Source: an uncultured Nitrososphaerota archaeon (GTDB lineage Archaea; Thermoproteota; EX4484-205; JAAOZP01). From it: 64,000 bases of DNA. The notes beneath the pieces were generated by a model. The model was not told the DNA's origin, searched no databases, and saw only the letters and a program-made list of their open reading frames with translations. This document shows positions 1 through 10,000 of this stretch, piece after piece. Location of the stretch: NCBI GenBank assembly GCA_964416155.1, contig CAYQCW010000004.1, positions 30,658 to 94,657 of the forward strand, in the 5' to 3' direction. Position 1 is the first letter of the stretch; the number at the start of each line of letters is the position of its first letter. The position numbers and the translations under genes were made by a program.

Positions 1-147
1 CAGGCTAGGCCGATGCTCAGAGGGGTTGTGGAGCTGGAGATAGGGCCATTGGCGAGGACGGACAGGATATTCAACATAGCTAGGAGGTTTAGAGATATAA
101 GGGCGGAGTACGAGGGTATGAGGGAGGCTGGGGGAGGAGAGGCTTGA
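1..147 (+). CDS. 3' end of a gene entering from the left, possibly the NurA-like partner of the downstream HerA
   Basis: Frame 1 is open from base 1 (QARPMLRGVVELEIG...EAGGGEA*); stop TGA at 145-147 overlaps the next start by 4 nt. NurA identity is inferred only from adjacency to HerA. Confidence 0.4.
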   Translation, partial: QARPMLRGVVELEIGPLARTDRIFNIARRFRDIRAEYEGMREAGGGEA

Positions 148-1934
148 GCCTGAGGGAGGAGCAGCTTTTCGACGACCTTGAAGGAAGGTTCCAGGCCAGG
201 GTTAGGACGCACGGAGCCTCTTACTTGAAGACTTCCATAAGGGGCTCTGAGGTTACGCTTAGAAGCTCGACGGCAACGCTTGAAACAAGGTTCAACATGC
301 AGGTTCTCGACAAGCTTCACTCACCGTCCTTCGTGGGGATTGAGAGGCCTACCGCGGCAAACCCTAAGACATACCTGGTGCACGAGGTTGTCGGGGTTAG
401 GGCTACGCACCTCCAGGAGCTGGGCGTCAGAGTATCCATGCCCGGAGTGCTTAGAGAGGAGTTTCTACAGACCATTGAGAAGGATTGGGACACGGCCAGG
501 GAGAACTGGATAGACGTTGTCGCAGCACCCACAGGCTACTTGGCCAGGGTTGTCAACAGCATTGTGGAGTTCAAGAAGACAACAATGACGCCGCTCACAG
601 GCAAGCAGGCGCACCTTCTTTCGAAAGAGGCTGTGGAAGCATTCGTATGCGTTGAAAACGGGGCTGAGGTTGGGAGGCTGATGGGGCTTGATGTGACTGT
701 GACCGCTAGGATAGACGCTATGATAAGGTACCATACCGGGGTGTTCGGGTTCACTGGAACGGGTAAGTCGAACCTGACCTCGATGCTGGTTAGGAAAGCG
801 GTTGAAACAGTTGAGGGCCTGAGGGTGGTGGTTTTCGACGTCGCAGGAGAGTATGTTGTGAACCTGCTGGACCTTCTGGAGAACAGCGTTGTCTACACGA
901 CGGAGAGGGGGGCTGTTGAAAACATGGAGGAGTTCGTAAGGTCTCAGACAATTCCTGAGTCGCTTGAGGAAGCATTGGGCGAGGGAAGGATTGAGAAGGC
1001 CCTGAGAATGCTTCACGGGAACGAGAGGGTTCGCCGGCTGGTTTTAACTAAGCAGAGCAGGATGGAGGTACGGGTGGAGGATGTTTTGAACCTTCTAGAC
1101 TCGATTGTAAGCTCTGAAAAACCTGGAGCAATCGCGGCGAAAATAGCCCTTGGGAGGCTGATAAGATTTATTGAGGAGAACAGCGTCAGAGAGACAGATA
1201 GGCTGCTGGACGTGGCTTCTGACCCTGGGAAAGCCGAGGCTTTTCGAAACATTCTCGGGGAGTTCGCGAGAGAGCTTCACGGAATGTCGTCCGAGGTGAA
1301 GGCGGTGGGCACGATTCTAAGGGTTTTGGAGAACCCTCGAGAGATAACAGGGTTTGGGAGGGAGACGGCGGTGAACCCTGAGCGGCTTGCCGAGCTGGTG
1401 CTCAGCGACGAGGCTCCGAGCCTAACCGTTGTATACACGCCCAACCTGGTTGACGCTAGGGAAGTGGTCTCCAGGTATGTTGAACGCCTGCTTGAGTTGA
1501 AGAAGAAAGGCTTCTCACGGGTAAACGTTCTGACGGTGCTTGACGAGGCCCAGGAATTCGTTCCAGACAAGGCGAGGAAGGAGGACGGTACGGAGCAGTC
1601 TAACACGGCTGTTGAAACCCTTCTCAGACAGGGTAGAAAATACAGGGCGGGGTGCTGGCTGAGCACTCAGAGAGTAGCCCATCTTAACGTTAACGCTCTG
1701 CAGCAGCTCCACACGTATTTCACCAGCACGCTTCCACGGTCCTATGACAGGATGGTTATTGCAGACGCTTACTCGCTTGACTACGAGGTTGTTAACAGGG
1801 TTGCTGAACTCGACACTGGGGAATGGATGTTCGTCTCCTACAAGGCGACGAAGAGGAGGAACGTGCCAGTGTTCATAAGCACGCCTAACAACGAGAAGAA
1901 AATCATCGAGCACGTTAAGAAGCTACCGCCATAA
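144..1934 (+). CDS. HerA/FtsK-superfamily ATPase (DUF87-type)
   Basis: Walker A GFTGTGKS, Walker B TVLDEAQ, LRQGRKY motif, N-terminal beta-rich HAS-barrel-like region. Confidence 0.85.
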   Translation: MSLREEQLFDDLEGRFQARVRTHGASYLKTSIRGSEVTLRSSTATLETRFNMQVLDKLHSPSFVGIERPTAANPKTYLVHEVVGVRATHLQELGVRVSMPGVLREEFLQTIEKDWDTARENWIDVVAAPTGYLARVVNSIVEFKKTTMTPLTGKQAHLLSKEAVEAFVCVENGAEVGRLMGLDVTVTARIDAMIRYHTGVFGFTGTGKSNLTSMLVRKAVETVEGLRVVVFDVAGEYVVNLLDLLENSVVYTTERGAVENMEEFVRSQTIPESLEEALGEGRIEKALRMLHGNERVRRLVLTKQSRMEVRVEDVLNLLDSIVSSEKPGAIAAKIALGRLIRFIEENSVRETDRLLDVASDPGKAEAFRNILGEFARELHGMSSEVKAVGTILRVLENPREITGFGRETAVNPERLAELVLSDEAPSLTVVYTPNLVDAREVVSRYVERLLELKKKGFSRVNVLTVLDEAQEFVPDKARKEDGTEQSNTAVETLLRQGRKYRAGCWLSTQRVAHLNVNALQQLHTYFTSTLPRSYDRMVIADAYSLDYEVVNRVAELDTGEWMFVSYKATKRRNVPVFISTPNNEKKIIEHVKKLPP

Positions 1935-2099
1935 TCTTCTTCAACGTGGCTGAAACGAGCTTAAAAAGCACTTTTTAAGGCAGTGTTTCGGCGTTCAGCT
2001 AGATCATATGACTGATTATGCGGCGAATCCTCGTTAAGCTTAAGGGCCTCTCCTGGGCTGTTGAGATTCACCTCCCTAAACGTATAGTCGCTCGTTAAA

Positions 2100-2150
2100 T
2101 ATGGAATAGTATTCCATAAATTTTATAAGTAACTTTGGAATATTATTCCA
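2100..2150 (+). promoter_or_regulatory. Two palindromic operator-like sites flanking a TATA box
   Basis: TATGGAATA-G-TATTCCATA at 2100-2118 and TGGAATA-T-TATTCCA at 2136-2150, with TTTTATAA between them, directly before ATG 2154. Confidence 0.7.
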
Positions 2151-2153
2151 TAA

Positions 2154-3386
2154 ATGGGGCAACTGTTAGAGATCACTTACGAGTATCTGGATTCGTTAAA
2201 ATATGTTAACGAGATTCGGAGAGAAATCATGTTGCCTGCTGCAAGTCCCGACGTAGTAGCTATAGTGGGACCAAGAAGATCCGGTAAAACTTTTCTTATG
2301 CTTAAAACAGCAAACGATATGTTAAAGAACAATAGGCAGACTGTTTACGTTTCATTCGATGAACCTTCGCTTAGAAAGATTCCTGTTAGGAGGTTTGCCG
2401 AGCTTGTGCGGAAAGAGTATCCGGAGGACAAGGTCAATCTTTTTCTCGACGAAATACAGGAATGGAAGGATTGGGATTTCAATTTAAGATGGTTACATGA
2501 TGTTAAAGATTTCACTATCTTCATTTCCGGCTCTTCTTCGTCACTGCAATCCTCAAAAATACCATCAAGATTAAGGGGAAGGTATGCTTCGAAGCTAGTA
2601 ACCCCCTTTTCATTCAGAGAGATCTGTAACTTTTCCCTGAAAACCTTCAGGGAGAAGGGTCGAGTGCAAAATGTTTTCGAGGAATACGTGAAATGGGGAG
2701 GCTTCCCTGAGGTGTGGATCTATAAGTCTAGAGAGAAAATCGTGTCATTACTCGAAACAATCTTCTACAGAGACCTTGTGGAGAGGTTTAGAATACGGAA
2801 CATGGCAGAGTTTCAAAGCATCTTCTATTTTGTTCTCTCAAACTACTCTAACTCATTCACCTGGAACTCTTTAAAAAAATTCATGGAAACACTGGATGTT
2901 AAAATCGACACTAAAACACTCATAAATTACATAAACTACATGAGTCAGGCTTTCCTAATATTCACTCTCCAGAAGTTTTCATATTCAGAAAGGGAGAAAG
3001 CAGTTTCACCGAAGAAAATCTACGTTATTGACCTTGCTTTTTCAAATCTCTTCGAAAAACCCTTAGACTTAGGCAGAAAAATGGAGAACCTAGTATTCAT
3101 CGAGCTTTTAAGAAGGCTTCAAAACAGGGCTTCTCAAGTTTTCTACCATACGACAAAAGATGGGAAGGAAGTAGATTTTATTGTTAAAACCGGCGGTCGA
3201 ATCGAACAGATAATCGAAGTATGCCATGAAGTAGACGAAGAACACGTAAAGAAGGTTGTGAAAGCAAGCGAAGAACTAGACTGTAAAAAACTGTTATGCA
3301 TCACTAGGAATCAGGAGGGCGAAACCAGAGTGAAAAATAAAGAAATAGAATACATGCCTATATGGAAATGGCTTCTCGGAGTTTAA
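2154..3386 (+). CDS. COG1373 AAA+ ATPase with C-terminal DUF4143 (PD-(D/E)xK-like) domain
   Basis: GPRRSGKT, LFLDEIQ, GGFPE, MENLVFIEL, EVDFIV...IIEV motifs; AT-rich relative to flanks. Confidence 0.9.
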   Translation: MGQLLEITYEYLDSLKYVNEIRREIMLPAASPDVVAIVGPRRSGKTFLMLKTANDMLKNNRQTVYVSFDEPSLRKIPVRRFAELVRKEYPEDKVNLFLDEIQEWKDWDFNLRWLHDVKDFTIFISGSSSSLQSSKIPSRLRGRYASKLVTPFSFREICNFSLKTFREKGRVQNVFEEYVKWGGFPEVWIYKSREKIVSLLETIFYRDLVERFRIRNMAEFQSIFYFVLSNYSNSFTWNSLKKFMETLDVKIDTKTLINYINYMSQAFLIFTLQKFSYSEREKAVSPKKIYVIDLAFSNLFEKPLDLGRKMENLVFIELLRRLQNRASQVFYHTTKDGKEVDFIVKTGGRIEQIIEVCHEVDEEHVKKVVKASEELDCKKLLCITRNQEGETRVKNKEIEYMPIWKWLLGV

Positions 3387-3415
3387 CATACTGCTGACAA
3401 TTCTAGCGCGCGCTG

Positions 3416-3679
3416 CTAGGATACGTTGTAAGAGTATTTTTCAACCTCCGTCTTGATTCGTTTAACATCTTCTTCTGAAATAACGTTTTGCTCCTTAAGC
3501 GTCTGGAAGAAGCTTCTCAAGTTAGAGATGTGGAGCACGGTGACCGTGAGGTTCCATGTTTCCAGCCTGGTTTCAAGGTTTGTGAAGCAGACGATACCGT
3601 TAACATAAGTGTTGATTCCAAGCCGCTTCGGGAGGAATCTTCTCAATGCAAGCGCGTTCCCCTGCACCTGACTAGGCCC
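3416..3679 (-). pseudogene. 5'-truncated fragment resembling the C-terminal part of a NERD-domain nuclease
   Basis: Reads GPSQVQGNALALRRFL...VNGIVCFTN after an in-frame TAA at 3680-3682; no N-terminal catalytic part. Confidence 0.45.
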
Positions 3680-3681
3680 TT

Positions 3682-4400
3682 ATGGTTCTCAGGGTAACGG
3701 CCATGAAGGACGGGCAGGAGTGCGAAAAACTAATTCTATTAAAACCTCACAAGCAGGAAATAGTCAGGACGAGAGTCGAAGAGATAGCGAACCCTAAAGA
3801 CATCGTTATCTGCGAGTTCGAAGTAGAACAGTGGCAGGGGAAGATACTGAGTGTGGATGCGGCTGAGGTATCTTCCGAAGCCAGTATGGGATTAAAAATG
3901 AAATTACTATCAAAGATTTAGCACAGGACCTTCATAAGGTAATGCTACTAACGGATGAAGAAGGTTTGACATTAACAGATAGCCAGTGGAAGGGAGATTT
4001 TGGTCATTGGATGGGCTTCCGAATACTATGGGACTACGGCTTATTCGAAGATTACCAAGTGGGTATCGAGGGAACGAAGGGAAGCATAACTGCCGATTTA
4101 AAGGTGAAAGGGGAGCATTTAGTTGAAGTGAAGAATATTGATCCTAATACTGTCTACAAGACTGAGTGGCTGGAGGATCTGAAGGGCGAACTCGTAAAGT
4201 ACGAGGGAGCTGTGGAAGCGGGGAACGCGAAGGAGCTTGCATTATTCTTCTGCGGACCCCTTGGAGAAAAAGAGACTGCTTATTTGAATGACAAATTGAA
4301 CGAATGGTTTGATGACCTCAGCTGGCTGAAAATATGCAATGGAAAGGGAGAGTTTGAAGAATACGCGAAGCTTTTGGCAGAATCCTGGACTGAGACGTAA
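3682..4400 (+). pseudogene. Frameshifted fragment of a larger protein with a C-terminal PD-(D/E)xK-like nuclease motif
   Basis: ORFs 3682-3921 and 3942-4400 join if one G is added at about 3866 (DAAE|GIFRSQYG...); span 719 nt = 3n-1; motif ADLKVKGEHLVEVKN. Confidence 0.5.
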
Positions 4401-4924
4401 TAGTCGCCAGCATACATCTCAGCAGGTGTCATTATGAGGTGTTCAATGATGCTTGCTATTTCTCTCCTTATCTCCTTTGGCGGAGCATATTTGGACTTAT
4501 CATGTTCCTCCTTAGGTACGAGGTGAACCGAATTAATTCTTAACGATCGACGCTGAAGGTCATCGTGTACATTGAAGACGTATCCTTTATACCTCAGGCT
4601 GAAGGTGTAGACGGAGCGGGGTGGGGTGTGGAAAATGGAGAGAGGAGGGCCGAAATACCAGAGCAACCTGTAAGCCGCTAACGCCATTCGCTGGACTATG
4701 GCCTCAAAGCCCTCCTTCTCTTCCTCTTTCTCAAAGAAAAGGGTCCACGTAGCTATGTATTGGATAGAGAGGTTCTCCTTCTTCCCGCGTTCACACAGCT
4801 CCTTCCAATCCTCATCGGTGAACTTCTCAACCCTCACTTTCTCTCCATTAACCTCAAGCTCCAAGTATCTTCTGTCAGGGTCATGCTTCAATACTTTTAC
4901 ACTATGCTTAGCCTCTCTCATCAC
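4280..4924 (-). CDS. Hypothetical protein; last ~35 codons probably run-on
   Basis: 214-aa ORF with protein-like composition; overlaps the convergent ORF by about 120 nt. Confidence 0.6.
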   Translation of the reverse strand: MMREAKHSVKVLKHDPDRRYLELEVNGEKVRVEKFTDEDWKELCERGKKENLSIQYIATWTLFFEKEEEKEGFEAIVQRMALAAYRLLWYFGPPLSIFHTPPRSVYTFSLRYKGYVFNVHDDLQRRSLRINSVHLVPKEEHDKSKYAPPKEIRREIASIIEHLIMTPAEMYAGDYYVSVQDSAKSFAYSSNSPFPLHIFSQLRSSNHSFNLSFK

Positions 4925-5127
4925 ACTAAAATACCGAATGGAGATATTTAAGCAACTCCACGTTTTTAAGGCTCGTCCTCAGCCCTAGACATTCCGACAA
5001 GCCCTGAATAACCCTAATAAAAAGCGCTTTAAACCCAATATTCCGGGAGACAACCATATGCAGAGGAAAAGGCTTAATAACCCTTTTTAAGAGAAACCCT
5101 TGTCAACGCTAAAGGTGTCAACCAGAA

Positions 5128-7314
5128 TTGCCCAGATACAAAACAACAGAGGAAGTGCTACGGCTCTCGAAAAGCCTAGAGAACATTAGAAATATTTCTA
5201 TCTGTGCCCATGTTGACCACGGCAAGACAACTTTATCGGATTCTCTGCTCGCAGCCTCAGGATTGTTGTCGCCAACGGTTGCGGGCGAAGCGCTAGCACT
5301 AGACTACCTTAAAATTGAGCAGGAGAGACAGTTCACGTATAAGGCTGCAAACGTTTCGCTATATCATGAAATCGATGGAAAATCATATATTGTCAACCTG
5401 ATAGACACTCCTGGTCACATTGATTTTACGGGGAATGTTACTCGTAGTTTGCGTGCTATTGATGGTGCTGTTATTGTGGTTGATAGTGTTGAGGGTGTTT
5501 TGGTTCAGACCGAGACTGTTACTCGTCAGGCTTTGGAGGAGTATGTTCGTCCTGTGCTTTTTGTTAATAAGGTTGATCGTTTGATTCGTGAGCTTAGGCT
5601 TTCTCCACAGGAGGTTGAGAAGACTTTGCTTCGTATTATTGCTGATTTCAACAGGCTTGTTGAGCTTTATGGTCCTGAGGAGTTTAGGTCTGTGTGGCGT
5701 GTTGACGCGTTGAAGGGTATGGTTGCTTTTGGGAGTGCTAAGGATAGGTGGGGTTTCACTATTCCTATGATGCAGAAGGCTGGTTTGAAGTTTAGTGATA
5801 TTGTTTCCTCTTATGAGAAGGGTGGGCAGGCTGAGCTTTCTAAGGTTTTGCCTTTGCACGAGGCGGTTTTAAACATGGTTGTGAGGTTTCATCCTCCTCC
5901 TTCGGTTGCGCAGGCCTATAGGATTCCTAGGATTTGGAAGGGTGATTTGGATAGTGAGGTTGGGAGGGCGATGTTGAAGTGTGATCCAAACGGGCCTATT
6001 GTGATGGCTGCTTCGCATATTAGGGTTGATCCTCAGGCTGGTGTTGTTGCCACCGGCAGGCTTTTCTCGGGTACTGTTTACGAGGGTCAGGAGGTTTACT
6101 TGGTTAACTCTAGGAGTAAGGGTCGGGTTCAGCAGGTTTGCCTCTATATGGGTCCGCACAGGGAGGTTGTCGGCGCGATGTCTGCTGGTAATATTCCTGC
6201 TTTGTTGGGTTTGGAGGCTTCGAGGGCTGGTGAGACTATTACCACTGTGTCTGCTCTTGTTCCGTTTGAGAGCATTAGGTATGTTTCTGAGCCTGTTATG
6301 ACTATTGCTGTTGAGCCCCGGAATCCTGCTCAGCTTCCCGAGCTTATTGGCGCGATGCATAAGCTTAGTATTGAGGATCCGAATCTTAGGGTGACTATTA
6401 ACGAGCAGACTGGGGAGTATCTCTTATCGGGGATGGGTCAGCTTCATCTTGAGGTTGCTACCACGTTTATTCAGGAGGCTGGTATTCAGATCGTTACGTC
6501 TCGCCCAATCGTAATCTACCGTGAGAGTATTCGTAGGAAGGGTGGGCCTGTGATGGTGAGGTCTCCGAACGGGCATAATAAGATTATGATTGAGGTTGAG
6601 CCTCTTGAGCCGAGGGTTGTTGAGCTTGTCGCCACGGGTAAGATTGGAGAGTTTACTGACAGGAGGGAGGTTGCCAGGATGCTGAGGGAGTGCGGTTGGC
6701 CTGCTGACGAGGCTCGGGGTGTTGAGGCGGTTAGCGAGAGCTTCAGCCTTCTGGTTGACGCTACGAAGGGTGTTCAGAGGCTTGAACAGGTTTCCGGCAG
6801 CATTAGGATGGGCTTCATCGAGGCGGTTAACGAGGGGATTCTAGCTAGAGAGCCGGTTAGGGGTGTGAAGGTTAAGCTTCTCGACGCGACTGTTCACGAG
6901 GATCCTGCTCACCACGGTCCAGCGCAGATTATTCCAGCGGTTAGGAGGGCTACGCATGCTTCAATACTCTTGGCTGACCCTGTGATTCTCGAGCCTATTC
7001 TTAGGCTGGATGCTAGAACCGGTATGGATCAGGTTGGAAACGTGACTAGGGTTATTAGCCGTGCGAGGGGCAAGGTTCTGAACATTGAGCAGAAGGGCTT
7101 GATGACCTATATTGTCGGCGAGCTTCCCGCTGCTGAAAGCTTCGATCTTTCAGAGGTTTTGAGGAGCGCTACCGGTGGCAGGGTTTTCTGGGACACTAGC
7201 TTCGCAAGATGGGAGCCTGTTCCAAGCCAGCTTCTGGGTAACGTTGTTGCTGAAATAAGGAGGAGGAAGGGTCTTCCCGCTGAGGTTCCTAAGGTGGACG
7301 ACCTGATAGAGTAA
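5128..7314 (+). CDS. fusA: Translation elongation factor EF-2 (possibly the aEF-2 paralog)
   Basis: AHVDHGKTT, DTPGH, NKVD and domain IV HEDPAHHGPAQ; 728 aa. Confidence 0.95.
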   Translation: MPRYKTTEEVLRLSKSLENIRNISICAHVDHGKTTLSDSLLAASGLLSPTVAGEALALDYLKIEQERQFTYKAANVSLYHEIDGKSYIVNLIDTPGHIDFTGNVTRSLRAIDGAVIVVDSVEGVLVQTETVTRQALEEYVRPVLFVNKVDRLIRELRLSPQEVEKTLLRIIADFNRLVELYGPEEFRSVWRVDALKGMVAFGSAKDRWGFTIPMMQKAGLKFSDIVSSYEKGGQAELSKVLPLHEAVLNMVVRFHPPPSVAQAYRIPRIWKGDLDSEVGRAMLKCDPNGPIVMAASHIRVDPQAGVVATGRLFSGTVYEGQEVYLVNSRSKGRVQQVCLYMGPHREVVGAMSAGNIPALLGLEASRAGETITTVSALVPFESIRYVSEPVMTIAVEPRNPAQLPELIGAMHKLSIEDPNLRVTINEQTGEYLLSGMGQLHLEVATTFIQEAGIQIVTSRPIVIYRESIRRKGGPVMVRSPNGHNKIMIEVEPLEPRVVELVATGKIGEFTDRREVARMLRECGWPADEARGVEAVSESFSLLVDATKGVQRLEQVSGSIRMGFIEAVNEGILAREPVRGVKVKLLDATVHEDPAHHGPAQIIPAVRRATHASILLADPVILEPILRLDARTGMDQVGNVTRVISRARGKVLNIEQKGLMTYIVGELPAAESFDLSEVLRSATGGRVFWDTSFARWEPVPSQLLGNVVAEIRRRKGLPAEVPKVDDLIE

Positions 7315-7322
7315 GGGTTTCT

Positions 7323-7649
7323 CTAAGTTTTTGTTTCAACCGGCTTTATCATGGTCCAGTCTATTCTTTCAACGAGTTTTTTAAGGGTGGCTTTCAACTC
7401 CGTGATCGCGGCCTCCTTCCCCATTTGGCTCGCGTTCCAGGTTACGAAGGGAGGGTAGAAGCTTGCCTCCTTGAACTTGGGTTTTCCGTCGACTGTTTCA
7501 AACTTTATGTATCCTACTTCCCTCAGGTAGCAGTTGTCGTTCGGGCATAGGATGTCTATCTCGTTAAGCTCCTTCTTAAGATATAGGAGTTTAAACTCTG
7601 AAGCGTCTTCAATACTCCTGCCGCAGGGGCAGATTAAAGCTGGGCTCAT
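7323..7649 (-). CDS. Hypothetical small protein with CPCG and CPNDNC motifs (probable Zn binding)
   Basis: 108-aa ORF with two Cys pairs, divergent from the thermosome gene. Confidence 0.7.
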   Translation of the reverse strand: MSPALICPCGRSIEDASEFKLLYLKKELNEIDILCPNDNCYLREVGYIKFETVDGKPKFKEASFYPPFVTWNASQMGKEAAITELKATLKKLVERIDWTMIKPVETKT

Positions 7650-7757
7650 TTCTATTATTGGAGGGGAAGGATAGACTTAAGTTTTTCACTTTTCAACGCT
7701 TGAAATAAAGTTTTTATACCCCTTTTTTATTAATCGGGTTTCTGAGGTGAGGTTGAA

Positions 7758-9413
7758 ATGGCTACTGCTATACCTGCAACAGTGGGTGGAACACCAGTAC
7801 TAATCCTTAAAGAGGGAAGCACTAGGACGAGGGGCAAGGAAGCCCAGAGGAACAATCTTAACGCTGCAATAACTCTCTCAGAAATAGTCCGTTCATCCCT
7901 TGGCCCAAGAGGAATGGACAAGATGCTCGTCGACTCCCTCGGGGACGTTACGATAACTAACGACGGCGCAACCATTCTGAAGGAGATGGAGATTGAGCAC
8001 CCGGCTGCGAAGATGATGGTTGAAGTCGCTAAGAGCACTGACGTTGAGGCTGGGGATGGAACAACCTCGGCGGTCGTCCTCGCTGGGGAGCTTTTGAAGA
8101 AGGCTGAGGAGCTTTTAGACATGGATGTTCATCCGACGATCATAGTGGACGGCTACAGGAGGGCCACCAGCATGGCGCTCCAGTTCCTGAAGGAGATTGC
8201 TCAAGAGGTTAAGCCGACGGACAGGGAGATCCTTAAGCTGATAGCTATGACTGCTCTGAGGAGCAAGGTTGTGAGGGAGTACAGCGACCAGCTTGCTGAG
8301 ATTGCTGTCGACGCTATTCTGAAGGTGGCGAGAGAGGAGAACGGGAAGTACATCGTTAGGCTCGACGACGTTAAGGTTGAGAAGAAGGCCGGTGGCTCAG
8401 TGATGGAGACCAAGCTGATAAACGGCATCGTTCTGGATAAGGAGATCGTCCACTCCGGAATGCCTAGAAAAATCGTTAACGCTAAAATAGCTATTCTAAA
8501 CAGCCCGCTTGAGATTGAGAAGACGGAGTTCGACGCTAAGATAAGCATCGAGAGGCCTGAGCAGATCAAGGCCTTCTTGGAGGAGGAGCAGAAGATCCTG
8601 AAGGAAATGGTTGACAAGATTGTTGAAGCAGGCGCCAACTTAGTGCTCTGCCAGAAGGGTATTGACGACATTGCTCAGCACTATCTTGCTAAAGCAGGGG
8701 TGATCGCTGTCAGAAGGGTTAAGGAGTCTGATATTGAGAAGGCTTCTAAGGCAACCGGTGCTAGGATTGTGACTAGCGTGAACGAGCTTACTAAGGACGA
8801 CCTGGGGTACGCCGGCTTAGTGGAAGAGAGGAAGGTCGGCGAGGACAAATGGGTCTTCATCGAGCAGTGCAAGGATCCGAGGTCTGTGACGATTCTGATA
8901 AGGGGTGGGACGGAGAAGATGGTGGATGAGGCTGATAGGGCTCTTCACGATGCTCTCTGCGTTGTGAAAGATGTGGTCACGTACCCGTACATAGTCGCCG
9001 GCGCTGGTGCTCCTGAGATAGAGGTTGCGATGAGAATAAGGAAGAAGGCTGAGACTATAGCTGGGAAAGAGCAGCTTGCGGTACTCAGGTTCACAGACGC
9101 GTTGGAGTCAATTCCTTCAGCGCTTGCTGAAAACGCTGGGATGGATCCGATAGACATAATCGCCGAGCTTAGGAAGCAGCATGAGTCTGGGAACAAGTGG
9201 TACGGTATCGACATCGTCTCCAAGAAGACCTCTGACAGCTGGGATAACAACGTTATTGAACCGCTGCTCGTGAAAGAGCAGATAGTGAAATCTGCTAGCG
9301 AGGCTGCAAGCATGATCCTGAGGATTGACGATGTGATTGCTGCGGGCAAGCTTAAGGAGAAGGGTCCTCCTAAGCCACCCTCTGAGGAAGGCGGTGTTGG
9401 AGAACTAGACTAA
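7758..9413 (+). CDS. thsA: Thermosome (group II chaperonin) subunit, canonical
   Basis: [28 protein letters not shown] all intact. Confidence 0.97.
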   Translation: MATAIPATVGGTPVLILKEGSTRTRGKEAQRNNLNAAITLSEIVRSSLGPRGMDKMLVDSLGDVTITNDGATILKEMEIEHPAAKMMVEVAKSTDVEAGDGTTSAVVLAGELLKKAEELLDMDVHPTIIVDGYRRATSMALQFLKEIAQEVKPTDREILKLIAMTALRSKVVREYSDQLAEIAVDAILKVAREENGKYIVRLDDVKVEKKAGGSVMETKLINGIVLDKEIVHSGMPRKIVNAKIAILNSPLEIEKTEFDAKISIERPEQIKAFLEEEQKILKEMVDKIVEAGANLVLCQKGIDDIAQHYLAKAGVIAVRRVKESDIEKASKATGARIVTSVNELTKDDLGYAGLVEERKVGEDKWVFIEQCKDPRSVTILIRGGTEKMVDEADRALHDALCVVKDVVTYPYIVAGAGAPEIEVAMRIRKKAETIAGKEQLAVLRFTDALESIPSALAENAGMDPIDIIAELRKQHESGNKWYGIDIVSKKTSDSWDNNVIEPLLVKEQIVKSASEAASMILRIDDVIAAGKLKEKGPPKPPSEEGGVGELD

Positions 9414-9473
9414 AACCCTAAAATCTTTTCAAACCTTTTTTTAAATCTTTTCTAATGGTTTTCAGGCCTTACT

Positions 9474-9771
9474 CTAATCCGGCTTATCGTTAAGCCCTTG
9501 GATGCTCTTAGCAGCTTCGATAAAGCTTTCACTTGTTACTCCGAACTCTTCACTCATCTCCTTAAGTATGTTCCTCTCTATTACCCTGGCTCTTGGGCCA
9601 TACATTTTTCAAGGCCATTCAAAAACTCCTCAGGCTTTTCAGGTATATCTTCCCTCTTCAAACCGTATTCGTTCTCAACATACCAGTATATCACGTTTTT
9701 ATGGTTTCCCCCAGGTAGTTTAAACCCTTGTCGACGCATGCTTAAACCCTGTCACCGGGTTTCCTCGTCAT
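9474..9771 (-). pseudogene. Decayed small protein resembling DUF3227/NitrOD5-type domains
   Basis: Reconstructs to ...ACVDKGLNYLGETIKNVIYWYVENEYGLKREDIPEKPEEFLNGLEKMYGPRARVIE... only with one A added at each of 9696-9700 and 9605-9609; in-frame TAA at 9742-9744. Confidence 0.55.
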
Positions 9772-10000
9772 CTCAAACTCGTTCTAGGAGGGTCTTCTAA
9801 ACATCCTCTCGAAAGCCTTTGCCAAGCTTGATTACAGTACTGGAGTTGTAGAGCCTTTCCGGATTCTTCGGCATACCGGCAGTATACGCCGCCCGCATGT
9901 ATTCTTTTTAACGGCGTGAAAACACCCTTGTCAACAGGGTTTTCTGATTTAGTGATGGAAGCTGCCTCGAGGCGCCTTAAGCAGCTTACGAGGGTGAAAA

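Noticed and set aside
1935-2099. Short open minus-strand frame (LTSDYTFREVNLNSPGEAL...)
   Set aside because: No start context or recognisable family; too short to call.
5383-6360. Long Asn/Thr/Leu-rich antisense ORFs in fusA, and similar ones opposite ths, ilv, argH, argS and por
   Set aside because: Explained by codon bias of the sense gene leaving few antisense stops.
9498-9800. Plus-strand ORFs after the thermosome gene
   Set aside because: Shadows of the minus-strand pseudogene.
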